From positions 38,998,001 through 39,062,000 of the forward strand of contig CAIIXF020000001.1 in the NCBI GenBank assembly GCA_903813345.2: DNA of 64,000 bases, given 5' to 3'. The notes below the pieces were generated by a model. It did no database searches, had not been told where the DNA came from, and was given only the letters and a program-made list of their open reading frames with translations. This document shows positions 1 through 13,000 of this stretch, in pieces. Source of the stretch: Owenia fusiformis. Lineage: Eukaryota. Within the stretch, counting starts at the first letter, position 1. The number at the start of each line of letters is the position of its first letter. Both the position numbers and the translations under genes were made by a program.

Positions 1-300
1 TCAGGGATGTTTCTACATATCAACGTCAAGAACTGATTAGTTTTGGGCATTCTGGTTAAATTTTAAGGTGGCCATTTTGGATTTTCTGTCCTAAAATCTT
101 CACTTTCAAGACTTGTCTACAGATTTTCAGCCAAACCATTTGAGGGATTCATCTGAAATTTTCAGGGATGTTTCTGCATATCAACGTCAAGAACTGATTG
201 GTTTTTGGGCATTCTGGGTAAATTTTAAGATGGCCATTTTGGATTTTCCGTCCTAAAATCTTCACTTTCAAGACTTGTCTACAGGTTTCCAGCCAAACCG
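1..300. repeat. ~161-bp tandem repeat (about 2 copies visible), likely internal array of an interspersed element
   Basis: TCAGGGATGTTTCT..ATATCAACGTCAAGAACTGATT starts at 1 and again at 162; related sequence recurs at about 48220-48390. Confidence 0.75.
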
Positions 301-609
301 TTCAAATTTTTACATATGTTACACAATGATAAGTTCTAGAGCTGATTAACTTTTCTGCGGCCATCTTGCTTTCTTGGTCAACAAGACCACAATGCTGTGT
401 TTTAGGTACGATATTGTTCACGTCTGTGCCTTGTTTTATATATGTGATTTATTTCATAGTAAAATAGAATTATTACATACACATGTTGCGGCTTTGCAAT
501 GGAGCATTATAAGCCACAATAGAATAATAACAAGATTTAAAAAAAGAAAGTATGACAATGAATTTGCAATTGAATTCTTTTTGTACTCCTCATTATTGCA
601 ACAATAGTA

Positions 610-788
610 CAGTGAAACCTATAAAGTGGAACACCTGTAGAAGTGGAACACCTCTGTTAGTAGAACACTTTTCAGAGTACAAAGACCAACTCACTTACTG
701 TTAAATGAACCTCTATAACTTGAACACCTCCCCAAGTGGAACACTTTTTAGAGCTACCAAAGGTGTTCCACTTAAACAGGTTTTATTG
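610..788. mobile_element. Small Tc1/mariner/pogo-type MITE
   Basis: TA|CAGTGAAACCTATAAAGTGGAACACCT ... AGGTGTTCCACTTAAACAGGTTTTATTG|TA, with internal GAACAC subrepeats. Confidence 0.65.
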
Positions 789-947
789 TAGTTTAATATT
801 ATACTCTTGCTTTCTGATATACAATATGTGAAATTTAACATTGCTGCCCAAATGCAAAAATGCAAAAAAATGTTTAGTTCAACAAAGTACATGTATATGC
901 AATATTAGTTCTGACAGGGGATGTAGAAGTAGATCATTTGACTTTGA

Positions 948-1012
948 TATTGCCTTTATTCATTATCTATATTGCCTTTATTCATTATCTATATTGCCTT
1001 TATTCATTATCT
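948..1012. repeat. 22-bp tandem repeat, 3 copies
   Basis: TATTGCCTTTATTCATTATCTA repeated three times. Confidence 0.85.
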
Positions 1013-1055
1013 GTGAACCAATCATTCACTGCTTGTGATATTCTCCTTTATTTAG

Positions 1056-4000
1056 TTACTTCATACAATTGAGGCTGGGGCAACAATAGAAGCCCAAGAA
1101 CCAGATATATACAAAGATATGGGAAACTTGAGACCTTCACAAGTGAAGCAATACAATACAGGAACTAGGAAGCATGATCAGGTTGGTGCTTTCTCATTTT
1201 ATTCAGCTATGCAAATGTATAATGTCAATGAATTGTAAGATTTATTGCATGAAATTCTTGTTTGAAGTTTGAAATGAGGAGTTTAGGCTAACATACAAAA
1301 ATTGAGTAGATGATCACCAGTAATTCATTGAATCCAGCACTTAAAATATTTTCACACATAGCAAAACATTAACAAATCAGGAATTAAAATTCAACCAGAA
1401 ATCTTTTTGTTTCACAAGAGTAACACATAGGGCTCAGCCAGGCATCAATTTCCAGGCACTAGCCTAACACTAAGGCATGGATGGATAAGCAGCTAGTTGA
1501 TAAAATTGATTCGTTTTCAAACTACGACATGTTTCCCTTGTAACTGTTTTCATAATGTGCTGTAATGAATGGTAATACTTTGATCTGATTGAAAAAAATG
1601 TATCAGTGCAAACATATGTTTGAATTTCTACAAAATTGGCTAATCACATCTTAATATAGTATACAAACAAATTATATACAGGGTGTCAAATAAGTCCTGT
1701 CCCCCTGCTACAGCTAAAACCTTAATAGACGGTACCTTTTGTGATATACAATTGGAAAGATCATCCAAAGTTATGTTAACTCACCATCTCTCAAGTATTT
1801 TAGATGAAATTTACCTATATTTTCATGATGTCCTTTATAATTAAAGTGCCCTCCTTTAAGCAGGTTTTTGCGTCAAAATGACAAAGATATGACCTCAGAA
1901 ATACATCAAAAAGTTCATATTTTTCGCATTCCACTTATTCCATAAAAAGGTTTTCACCACTTTCTTTGCACCTCTATTTCTGCACTTCTAGCCCTATCCA
2001 GCAATTGGTTAAATTCATTGCCATATACATATTTAGTCATCTTTTGACCTTTCTTATACCGATTCTTAAAATCCTGCCAAATACGCCAAATTGCCATGTT
2101 TCTAGGCCTATGGTCACCTCAATTGATACAATGTAAAAATTTGAGAGATTGATTGACATGTGTCAGATATATGCCAATCAATGTAACTTTGGAAGACCTT
2201 TCCAATGATATATCACACTTTGTACCAATTATCTTGGTTTTGGCTGTAAAGGGGGGATGGGACTTATTTGACACCCTATAATCAATTATTTTACACATTA
2301 ATTATTTATTTCGTCAGATTTATATCTGAATATTTATTCCTGATAAACACAAACAAATCAATTATTACTTCAGTTGTTTCAAACATTAATTATTTATTTT
2401 TCGTTCATTCATTCAAAAAGTCTGTTCTACTTAAAACATATCAATAATATATAAGGTTTGTAACACAACAACGAAACAGTATTTCTGATAAATATTTACA
2501 AACTGTGTCACTGACCTCTTCTAAATTTTCATTGATAACTCCTATTAGATTATAAGTAATATACAACAGAAGTTTATTCTAATAATGAACTGGTTATAAA
2601 AGACAAACTTGATTATATCAAGGACCTATGGCAGTTTGTTTCAATTTCAATTATGAATTTTTCTGCATTATTCTATTGTTTTACGTTTTTTTGTCTCTCA
2701 AAATCTGATATGATACTGATGTTTTGGATACATGAATAATTAAAAAGATAGGACTGATTTGAATTGTGTTTGTCTATTTCACCTGAATGAGAGATCTTAG
2801 CAACTCAATAAGTGTTTCAAAAATTAGTGGAACAAATATTTTTTGTTGACTCGAAGTTAAAGTGTGAATTCTTTCAGGAGAGGGAAGATTATGAAATACC
2901 CAATTTAGAAGATAATCTTGCTCCAAAAGAGAGGGTACAGCAAATAAAAGACAAACTAAACCCCAGGCCAACTAAAGTCGATTTCAACCAAGACTATAAC
3001 AACAGGTAAGAAAATCAATGTGAAATTAATGAAAAGCAACAGTTTTGTAGAGTAATGTTAGTATGACAGAGATCTCCCTAGCATTAAAGATGGGATTTTG
3101 AAAATAGGCTTGCACCAACCTGAAAATCCATTTGCACCCACTTGAAAATGAGAAAGATCATGTGAAAATTGTGAAAGTGAGAATTTTGCACCCACCTGAG
3201 AAAAATACTGGGGAGATCACTGTATGATATAATGTTCAACAATGCATTTGTCACAAAATCTTTTTAGAATAAAGTTTCATTGTATGCAGCTTAAAATTCA
3301 AGGTGATAGCCAAGAATTAAATCTTTGCACAAAGTAGAATGAGTCTGTGGTTCATGTATAATCTATGAATCTTGTGCTTAACTTTCCATACATTAAAAAT
3401 CATTTTTAATTCTATAGGCAGTACAGTACATGTACAGCATTTGAAAAGTTTGTTTCTTTTTGCTCTAAAAATACCAGAAATCACCAGAACAAGACAAAAC
3501 TTCGAGGATGTATAGTTTTAATATTTATTATTAAGCTGTGAAAATTAGAGCTTGTAATATATTATAGCCACAGTTTTACATCCGTTTGAAATATACTTGT
3601 CTCGATACCGTGGAGCAGTTTGAATGTGGATACTTTTACGTCACAATCAATGTATCCAACCATAATGTGCAGTCCATGCACCTATCTTATCATTGCCACA
3701 ACATTAAGCCAGTGGGGCTAAGCCAGGGGTCTATATCTCCTTGATGTATTGTATTGTCCCCTAAATAGAATGCACTTTCTAAACCTCCGTATCCAATCCA
3801 TATAGACATTTTCCTGTTCAATTATTGTCTTCACTAAGTCAATGTTTTCTTTTAATATCGCTGTCCTTTTTCACCCGCTTCTTGGCCCATCCTTGCTGGT
3901 TGAGATGCCTTTCTTGAACTTGTTGAACCAGCTTCTAATCATGGAATAGGAACAACAAATGTCTTCATATGTTGCTCTACATGTTCTTACAGTGTCCTTT

Positions 4001-7000
4001 AAGTCTTTTTCTTATGTTACACAGATTTTAATGCAAAGTCTGTGCTCTTTGATAAGTTCATTCACCATTTCGCTCCACTGTTTGGAAACACCTGGTCCAC
4101 CCTAATTTTAGTGAACAGAGTGAGTGTGTTTTGACGGAGGATTATGACATCACACTGACAGCACAGTGAGTCCATTCACCTGTAGAACACTATTATACCA
4201 CTAGCTTTTTGATATGGCAACAAATTTTAAACAAATTACTGTCATTTTCAAAAAACATATTCGTTTTTTTCATTGAATGTATGATTCATGCATTGAATTT
4301 TTAAGGTGCTCCACGGAACCAAGTCTCACTGTTGCCATAGCAACCAAAAGTTCACTTCCTTATGAGGAATTATATTTATATTGATGTAAACTCAAGATAT
4401 ATGTATATGGCACATATGCTGAAAGTTTCATAAATAAATCTGTAAAAATAAAAAAATTAGAGCAAAAAGAAACAAACGCCCCTACACTACAAAATATGTA
4501 CATTTCAAATGTATATTATTGACTGTTTGTAATACAGTATGTACAAATATATATGCTCGTATGTAACTGAAAATTATCATCAGAAACGAAATAGATAATG
4601 ATATATAAATAATATATAGGTACCCATACCCATAAGTTGCATACTTCAAATATTTATTTAACTGATTGTCAGTCAGTGAACACCTCTAGATCTCCATTCT
4701 TAATATTTTATTTTCCAAATCTGAATCCTTTGAAATATTTCAAATAAAATTAAATGTTAAAAAATTTTCAATAAAATATTTTCAAAATAAAACTTTTGAG
4801 AATAATCAAAATATATTGTGAGTGCCAGCAAAGATAAAAAAATTGTCTTTGAAGTTCAGTTTTTTGATCAGCTACTCCATAGCGATCCATTCTTTAGGAA
4901 AGTAGTCTTCATTATTAAATCCCAGTTCCAAATTACTATGTTCCCTTGGCCAGTGCTTGTAATATATAACTGATCCCTGAGCTAGAAAAGCAGCCCACCA
5001 ACCAAAAGTTCCTGTAGATATAATTGTATGATCACATTTTGACAGAATTGCCAAGTCTATTTCTGCAGATCTCGCTGAGAATATTATATTGTTATTGACG
5101 GGAAAATGTAATTTTGTCCAAGAAATGTCATCTGTACATACAATAAATACGCAATTTGGATAAGATGAATTGAAGTGATGCATCGCATTTTGGAAATACC
5201 TTTTTGGAGCTGGTACATACCCTCTGCGGAGATTAGACTGTATCATAATGTCTCCTCGACGCACATGTACCCCAATCAATGTCACATTTGGTTGGCCTGA
5301 TTTTCGCATCGTGGCAGTTCGTAAAATTGCAACCGCCTTTTCATTTATAGTAGAAGAAAATTGGAACTCTTGCAAAATCTGAGACTTGACATGCCAGAAA
5401 AATTTAAAAGATTGTAACCAGTAGAATATTTTCAGATTTCTTTTCTTCGGTAGAGAATTCCATTGTTTTGAATATTTCCCCCATATTAGTTGATCAGTAT
5501 GATATTCCTGCACATCATTTACACTATCATCATCCATAAGTGGTACACTCAGATTGAATATCTTTTTCAGCTTCATCGTCACTGGAGCTATTTCCATGTA
5601 AGGAAGCTTTTTGTTTGTATTTGCCAATCCATATAGTCCAGCATACTCAAACATTAAATTCCCAAGGCGACCCTCGAAGTTCACTGTGAGGTATTCGCTG
5701 TTTTCTTGTCCGGAGGTTGTATCAAAATTAAATTTGATTGATTCCAAGTGTATATCTAATGCAACTTTAAAGATGAAAACAGTAATAAATAATTTTGGAA
5801 TTATTGCAAGTCTTATTTTGTTTGCAAAACTTGAGTGAGGCTTAGCCATTAGTCTTGCTCTTGTAATATACTTTATAATGAATCTAATTTACTCAAACGT
5901 TTTATGATGTAGTAAAGGTATCGATACTTCTTTTTTTATGTAGAAAGGAAGCTGGTAAAAACCTGTGGGCTATACAGGATCATGAGTAATTAAATTAATT
6001 AAGCAATACCATTCTACCCACAGGATGTCTTCTATTGAGAATTCATTAAACGACTTTGACTGAATATCTTTGTAGTATACATCTGACTTAACCCCTAGGT
6101 ATTTATAACCTCATTGATATAATAGCAACATTAAATGATAACATCAGTCATATAACTATTAATAAAAGGGACACACAGTGCACTCTGAAGAGCAAAATGG
6201 TCACCTTAATAAGCCTACCATGCCCTATTGCCCAAAACCTAATCAGATCTTGGCATCTCTTGCATCTGTAAAAATTTCAAGTTGAACATGTAAGTGGTTT
6301 TCCTGGAATTTTGATGACAAGATTTTATTCATGTGGCGTCCGCTTGCCCATCAGCACAAGACGTTGGGTATATAGCACTTTTCAAAGTGTGATAAAAACT
6401 ACAAACACTTATTATAACACAAGGAGCTCAAATGGATATTGCACTGAGCTAATAAGGCTCCTTCAAAGGGGTGTTGCGCCTAGCTGATATGGTTCAATGG
6501 AGTATTTTACCCGACTGGGAGAGTTCAAAGTGGTTGATAGGGTTTAAAGGGATGTTGTATCTGGTTCAAAGGGATGTTCTTCTTGGATGATAGGGTTCAA
6601 AATGCTGTTGTTTGTGGCTGATATGTCTCAAATTGGTGTTGTACCTGGCTTATAATGTTCAAAAGGGTGTTGTACCTGCCTGACAGGTTCAAAGTGGTGT
6701 TGTACCTTGCTGTTAGGGTTCAAAAGGGTGTTGTACCTGGCTGATATGGTTCAAAAGGGTGTTATACCTGGCTGGTTCAAAGTGGTGTTGTACCTAGCTG
6801 TTAGGGTTAAAAAAGGGTGTTAAACCTGGCTGATTGGTTCAAAGGGGTGCTATACCCAGCTGATAGGTTTAAAGGGGTGTTGTACCTGGCTGATAGCTTC
6901 AAAGGGATATTGAAGTTCAATGGGGTCTTGTACCTAGCTGATATGGTTCAAAAGAGTGTTATACCTGGTTGAGAGGTTCAAAGGGTGTTATAACTACCTG

Positions 7001-10000
7001 ATTGGTTCAAAGGGGTGTTGTACCTAGCTGATAGGGCTCAAAAAGGTGTTTTACCTGGTAGATAGGTTCAAAAGGGTGTTACACCTGGCTGGTTCAAAGG
7101 GGTGTTATACCTGGCTGGTTCAAAGGGGTGTTGAACCTAGCTTGTTCAAAGATGCTATCTATCTAGGCAGGTTGAAAGATAATTAGCTCAGAGGCGTCTT
7201 GAAATCATTGAAAATTATACTTACAAATTTTAAAATATGTCTCATCAAATGACAAGTCGCATATTAAACATGCTGTTTGTTCTAGGAGAATCATGTTATT
7301 TTGGTACATTTACATGTTGCCTCAATAACCATTAACCTACCTGTGAGTGTCATTAGAATGTTTTCAAATTAGGTTAGAAATCGATATTTTTCATTGATTC
7401 TGATGTTATAATTGATACTTTAAGCAAAAGCAGAGTTTTCCTGCCAATTCAAAGCTCGTTATATTTGATTAATTTCAAAATGTAACAGATTGAATATGTT
7501 GAATAGCAGTTGTGTATAAACTAACTGTAGTTGCCATGGTAATCCCGGTCAAAGCAACCCTTCATCGACAGTTTAACGAATGCAACTGTAACAAGAGTGA
7601 TTTTTTCTAAAACCTTTTTTCAATCATGAATAAGCTCATCGCCATTATATTTTTTACTATGAAAATTAACAAAAAATTGCTCTGTTATTTGAACCAGGAA
7701 GATATTGAAACTGAATATAATTATGATAAAGACAAGTGCTAGACAATTAAAAACATCATAGAATAGTTATTATTTACAGTTGCAGGTTTGTATTGTTGTG
7801 CAGTTTCTATAACAAAAAAGATGATATTGTTGATACGTACAGCTGTAAAGCTTCAATGTAACATTATTTATATAAGCATATTAGGAAATCAGACTTATAC
7901 TTGGAATAATATGAGGCATAAGGATGCATAGATATAGTCATAGCATTGTAAGTGTTTTTTCAAGTTGAATTTCAATAATATGATCATTTTTAGAGTGTCA
8001 CTTTCATAAGTGGTAGGTTATTAAAGTAAACATATAGTTAATTCAATTTAATAGAAGGGAGGTGTTATAAGAAATTATAAGGAGACTTCCTTGGCTTGTT
8101 GGAGTTTATACAACTATTTTAAATATAAATTAGATAAATTAAGAATAAATTAAACATAAACTCGTATAGCTCATTTTAGAATCATTCTGTTTATGATACA
8201 TCGCAATCACTTACAGTGCAGTCCAGTATGGTTCAGTACAGTACCATATAGCGTAGTACAGTACAGTATATTGCAGTACAGTGCAACAGTTTAACCGTTG
8301 TCTATTTCCACATGTATTTATTGATGTTATATTACTTTTGATTTTCATTTTGCTAAATACTTATAGCATATTGTCCCTCCGAATAAAACATCTATTTAAT
8401 CCCTCCCATTAAATATGCTTTTTTGTCACATGATATTCATTATTTTTTTTGTTGTCAAAAATCAAACTAGTTCTTATTGGAAAATAGGCAAAGTAAAAAC
8501 AACTTATTTCCACATTGTTAAGAAAATATTTTCGACATGAGAATACAATTTTTGTGAGAAAGATTGAGAGGGAAATACAATTTTTATCAATATCACATAT
8601 ATTCCCTGTTAATATTCACTGGAAACTAGAGGTATTGTAGGATAAAGGTAGTTATTCCAACCAAGTAGATTTTTACCTATGACGACATATTATTATGATT
8701 CACCTTACATATCACATTGAACATATAATTTCAGGGATGAATCTGAGATTGAAGAGAGCGAATCTTATGAAAAGGGTGAGAGCCCTGAAAGGTTATCAAC
8801 TGACAGTAAGCCTCAAGTAGGAAGTCCAGAAGAAGGAAGTCCTGAGAGATCAGTGACACAGTTTGAATTGACTGGACTAAGTGGAATCAGTGACATCATA
8901 GGGGAAGTCCTGGCTGATGAGGACATTAAACCTGGAGACGTAGGACTCACTGAAAAAGAAATGCTTCACCTCAAGAGCAAGGCTGGGTAAATAATATCAA
9001 TAGGAATGCTGCTTAATTATCATATTGAAATCTTGTTATCCCATCGAACGAAGTTCGGAGGGATATAGGGAACGCCTCCGTCCGTCCGTCCGTCCGTCCG
9101 TACGTACGTCCGTCCGTCCGTACGTACGTCCGTCCGTACGTATGTCCGTCCGTCCGTCCGGGCAATAACTCAAATACCGTTGGCCCGATTTTGTTCATAT
9201 TTTGTACACATATACCTTATGGGGGTAGAAGTTCTGCTCGAAAGCCGATTTTCAAAATGGCCGCTCATTTCAAAATGGCGGCCATTTTAGTGCCGATTTT
9301 ACAGTAATTTAGGTGCAATATGTAAAACTGTTATATCAATATGTTTTAAATGTAAAAAAATTATAAAGGACATTAATAATGCTACAAATGTAGATATTAA
9401 AGAAACACATGGCAGCCATCTTGAAAAATGGCGGCCTTTACTCGTCATTTTACGATTTTTGCTATAACTCAAAAAATAGTGGAGCGATTTTGTTCATATT
9501 TGGTATGTGAATACTATAAGCATTGTACACTGTCCTATGACACTTTTGGTAGAAGGCGGCCATTTTGAAAAAAAATTGAAAAATGGCCGCCATTTTAACG
9601 TATTTTACTATAACTCGAAAAGTAGTGGAGCAATTTTGTTCATATTTGATATGTGAATACTTTAAGCATGGCACATTGTCTAATAAAACTTTGGGGAGTA
9701 GTCGGCCATTTTGAAAAATGGCCACCATTTTTATGTGAGTTATTTTACAAGTACGTGTGCGATTTTTCAAAAATTTTAGAGGTGGCTACTGAAAAGCATA
9801 TTATTTCTTCTGATGACAACTTGGCTAGTGAGCAACCATTTTGAAAATGGTGGCCTTTCTGGTGTGTTGTTTTACGATATTTGCTATTCGTTTGTAAAAA
9901 TGCCAGCCATTTCTGTTCGATGGGATTCGCTACGCTTTGGCGTTGCCGTTGTTCTGGTTATTAAATTTCTTAATATTGCTCAAATCTGTAATGTTCAACA

Positions 10001-13000
10001 TATACTGCAATTGCGAAAACTCGTAATAAAATTTTCAGGCCTGACAAAGGTGAGTTGACTACCAGGGAGTTACAGGCAATATTTGGTGATCCAAAACACA
10101 AAGGCCCCATCAGCCCCCAGCGCACAGAGGCACAGAGAAAGAGGCTACATGCATGGATGGCAGAACGAAAACAACAACAGGACACAGCATACAGACAGCA
10201 GCTGGATGAGAGAAGGGGCCTGGAGAGGAATCCTTATGTGCCAAATGATGATATTTTCAATAAGGTAATAGATAGGTTTCATATGTCTGTTTATAGCCCC
10301 AAATATTTATGGCCTGAGCCTTGGTTTTAGTGGCCTGGGGGCCATTAACAGTTACAAATTCGTATATCAATTGTTGTTACCATGGATATAATGACGTCAC
10401 AGTTAGAGAACAATGGACTTTACGAATTTAAGAAGTTTCAGTTAATAGCCCCCAGATTATTATAAAAGAGAGGACCAGTTGAGATGTACATGTTTATGTT
10501 GTAGAGTGCTTCAACAATGAAGGAAATCCAAGAATTAGAAAACTCTAGGTTAAATGAGAAGACTGAGAGAGAAAGTGAATTTGATAGAAAGCGTCGTAAA
10601 CAAGCAGAAAGACTGATGGGTGAGATACTGTCTGATACCCTAGAGTTGCCAGATGATAACCCAGCAAGACTGATGCCAGGTAACATGTTATTTTTATTGA
10701 TGAATATATTATAAAAACATTTTTGCACATGTACATGTCCATCTCTAAAATGCCAACATCAGCTCCCCATACGACCATATGTTAAAGTCTGTTCATATTG
10801 GGCAGTTTAAAAAATCCCCTTTGACTTTCTGAATATTGTGATTATCTCAAACATAAACCAGGGATATTGATGGTCTCCTCTAGTTATCGCATCACAGATT
10901 TTGTAAAATTCAAGTCGATTAACCTTCTATATTAACCTTAACAGATGCGTCAAGGAAAATTAAAATTTCACAGAAGAAGAAGGCATTAACAAGAGGCAGG
11001 ACTCCTGATGACTTCCATAGATATGAAACTCCAATGGATAAGTATACAGAAAGTCCTGATGAATATAGAGACTCAAGACTCAGTCACTACATCCAGGATG
11101 ATTATGCAAAATATCCTCTGCCAGATCAGCATTTTGGCCAAACTAGAACTATACAGCATTTGGCTCAAACTAAATCACAACCCAGAGCTTCCACAAGTAA
11201 TCAACAACAACAGGGCCAAAGAAGAGAAGGCATCAGAGACAGAAAAGGACCTGAGAGCACCCAAGGTAGAGATGAGAGGAATCAGAGGAGGTATTTGGAG
11301 CCTCTAGATGAAGAAAATGAGGACAGTTCTCGTCCAGTCCCTTCACCCCGTAGAAGCATTCAACAAAAGAAGGTGAGCCAATTTAATCTTTTTTTGATAT
11401 GCAACTCTTACTTGAAAAATACTGAATTGATTTTGTCAACTTTATATGAAAATACTTGGAAGCATGAAGTATTTTCTTTTGATAATTTCCCAATATAGTG
11501 AACAGTTTGAAAAATTGAAAACGAATGGATTTATTCAGTATACCAATTAAGACAATGATTTATAGAATTTGCTGCCCCCTGGCATTATCATAGACTAATT
11601 CATTTATTACATAAATTAAGGATGATGAGAGAATGAAAAGCACTTACAAGGCAGCTCCATTCACCAGTAAAGTGAGACTTCAGAGGCCTGAGGTGACCCG
11701 CAAACACAGGGAACAACACAGGGAATCTGAACCTTATGTTGACAGACTGGCCAAGCTAACAGCTACTGAGGGTAACTTTGATGTTTCCACCCCAATCACT
11801 CCAAGAACTAGGACTGGTCTTAGACCTAGAGGTAAATAATATCTATCAAATGGTAACCTTGTACAGGAGGTTGGGATAGGAAATATTACCCATTCTGATT
11901 GTACACTGATATAATAAGGCTAATGTTTTTTGGCCCACTCTGTTTTATAACAGACTTATTTGGAATTTTTGACAAATGAAGGTGACAAGAAGGTAGAGAT
12001 TCAGAAAATCAAGAATCAAAGCCAAAGCTCACATATGACACCATGTAGCTCTATTTTCAGTACCAGCCACTCAGGAAGCTCAAAATCCTATCAGACGTGG
12101 CATGCGGACCTCCCCTCAGAAACGCCGTCCTCTCACTTACACAGAGCGCTTGAAGCAGTTGCAGCCTCCTAAGTCCAAGTCCACGAGGATAATGAATGTG
12201 CTGTCTCCCAGAAAGACCCAAATGAGGACACAGCCTGGCCCAACACATAAGCCAAAGACATACACTCAACAACTTCAAGAGATCAACGCAGCTGCACCTA
12301 GGGCCTCTTTCAGGAGAGCCTATTGTAAGTTCCCAAATAGTTCAAGGTAGAATGTCAGAGTTAGGAAGGGAATAACCAGCTAATAAATCCTCTACCATCT
12401 CGACCTGTACTTGTAAGACATTTGGATTTTTAGACAATGTGAACTATTAAGAACAAAAGTTATGGCAAAAATTATGACAATTTTAGCTCTGACTAACAGA
12501 GGTTTTAGCATTTGAATGCACTGTTAGTAAGACCTGGTTATTTTTATTGAATGCAAACATGGGTTAATTAGTATCACAAGTTTGACATAGGTCATGCAAT
12601 ACAATACAGTAGAACACAATTCAATCCAATTAAAGACTATCAGTTATCACACGTTTCAGCATGTGATACAGGAAATATTCCACGAAGGTAATATATTTAT
12701 TACCCGAGTGGAATATTTCCTGTATCACATAAGCTTAAACATGTGATGACAATTTTATCACATGTCTTGGAATGTTGAATTGAAGCATTTTGATTTGGTC
12801 ATCCTGCACGTGCATTGTGATTGTGTTCAGTACCCTGTACTCCCAGTAACTATTACAATTTTGTGTATTTTGAAAGTTCGCTTTGAAATAATATGACGTC
12901 ATGCTGTTATATTCGTACTTGTTAGTGAAATAATGACGTCATGCTGTTTTCTTTAGCTATGAAGTGATATAACCAGTGACGTCATGTCGTTGCTATTGAC

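Noticed and set aside
4872..5849. Bacterial horizontal transfer of the GT11 gene
   Set aside because: Type II membrane anchor and the animal-like GTFGWWAAFL..G.VIYY..W C-terminus; intronless coding is normal for animal FUT1/2-like genes.
9013..9198. GRTDGRT / PSVRPSV-type ORFs (also 42960-43191 and 50134-50340)
   Set aside because: Translations of (GTCC)n microsatellites inside HINE-like elements.
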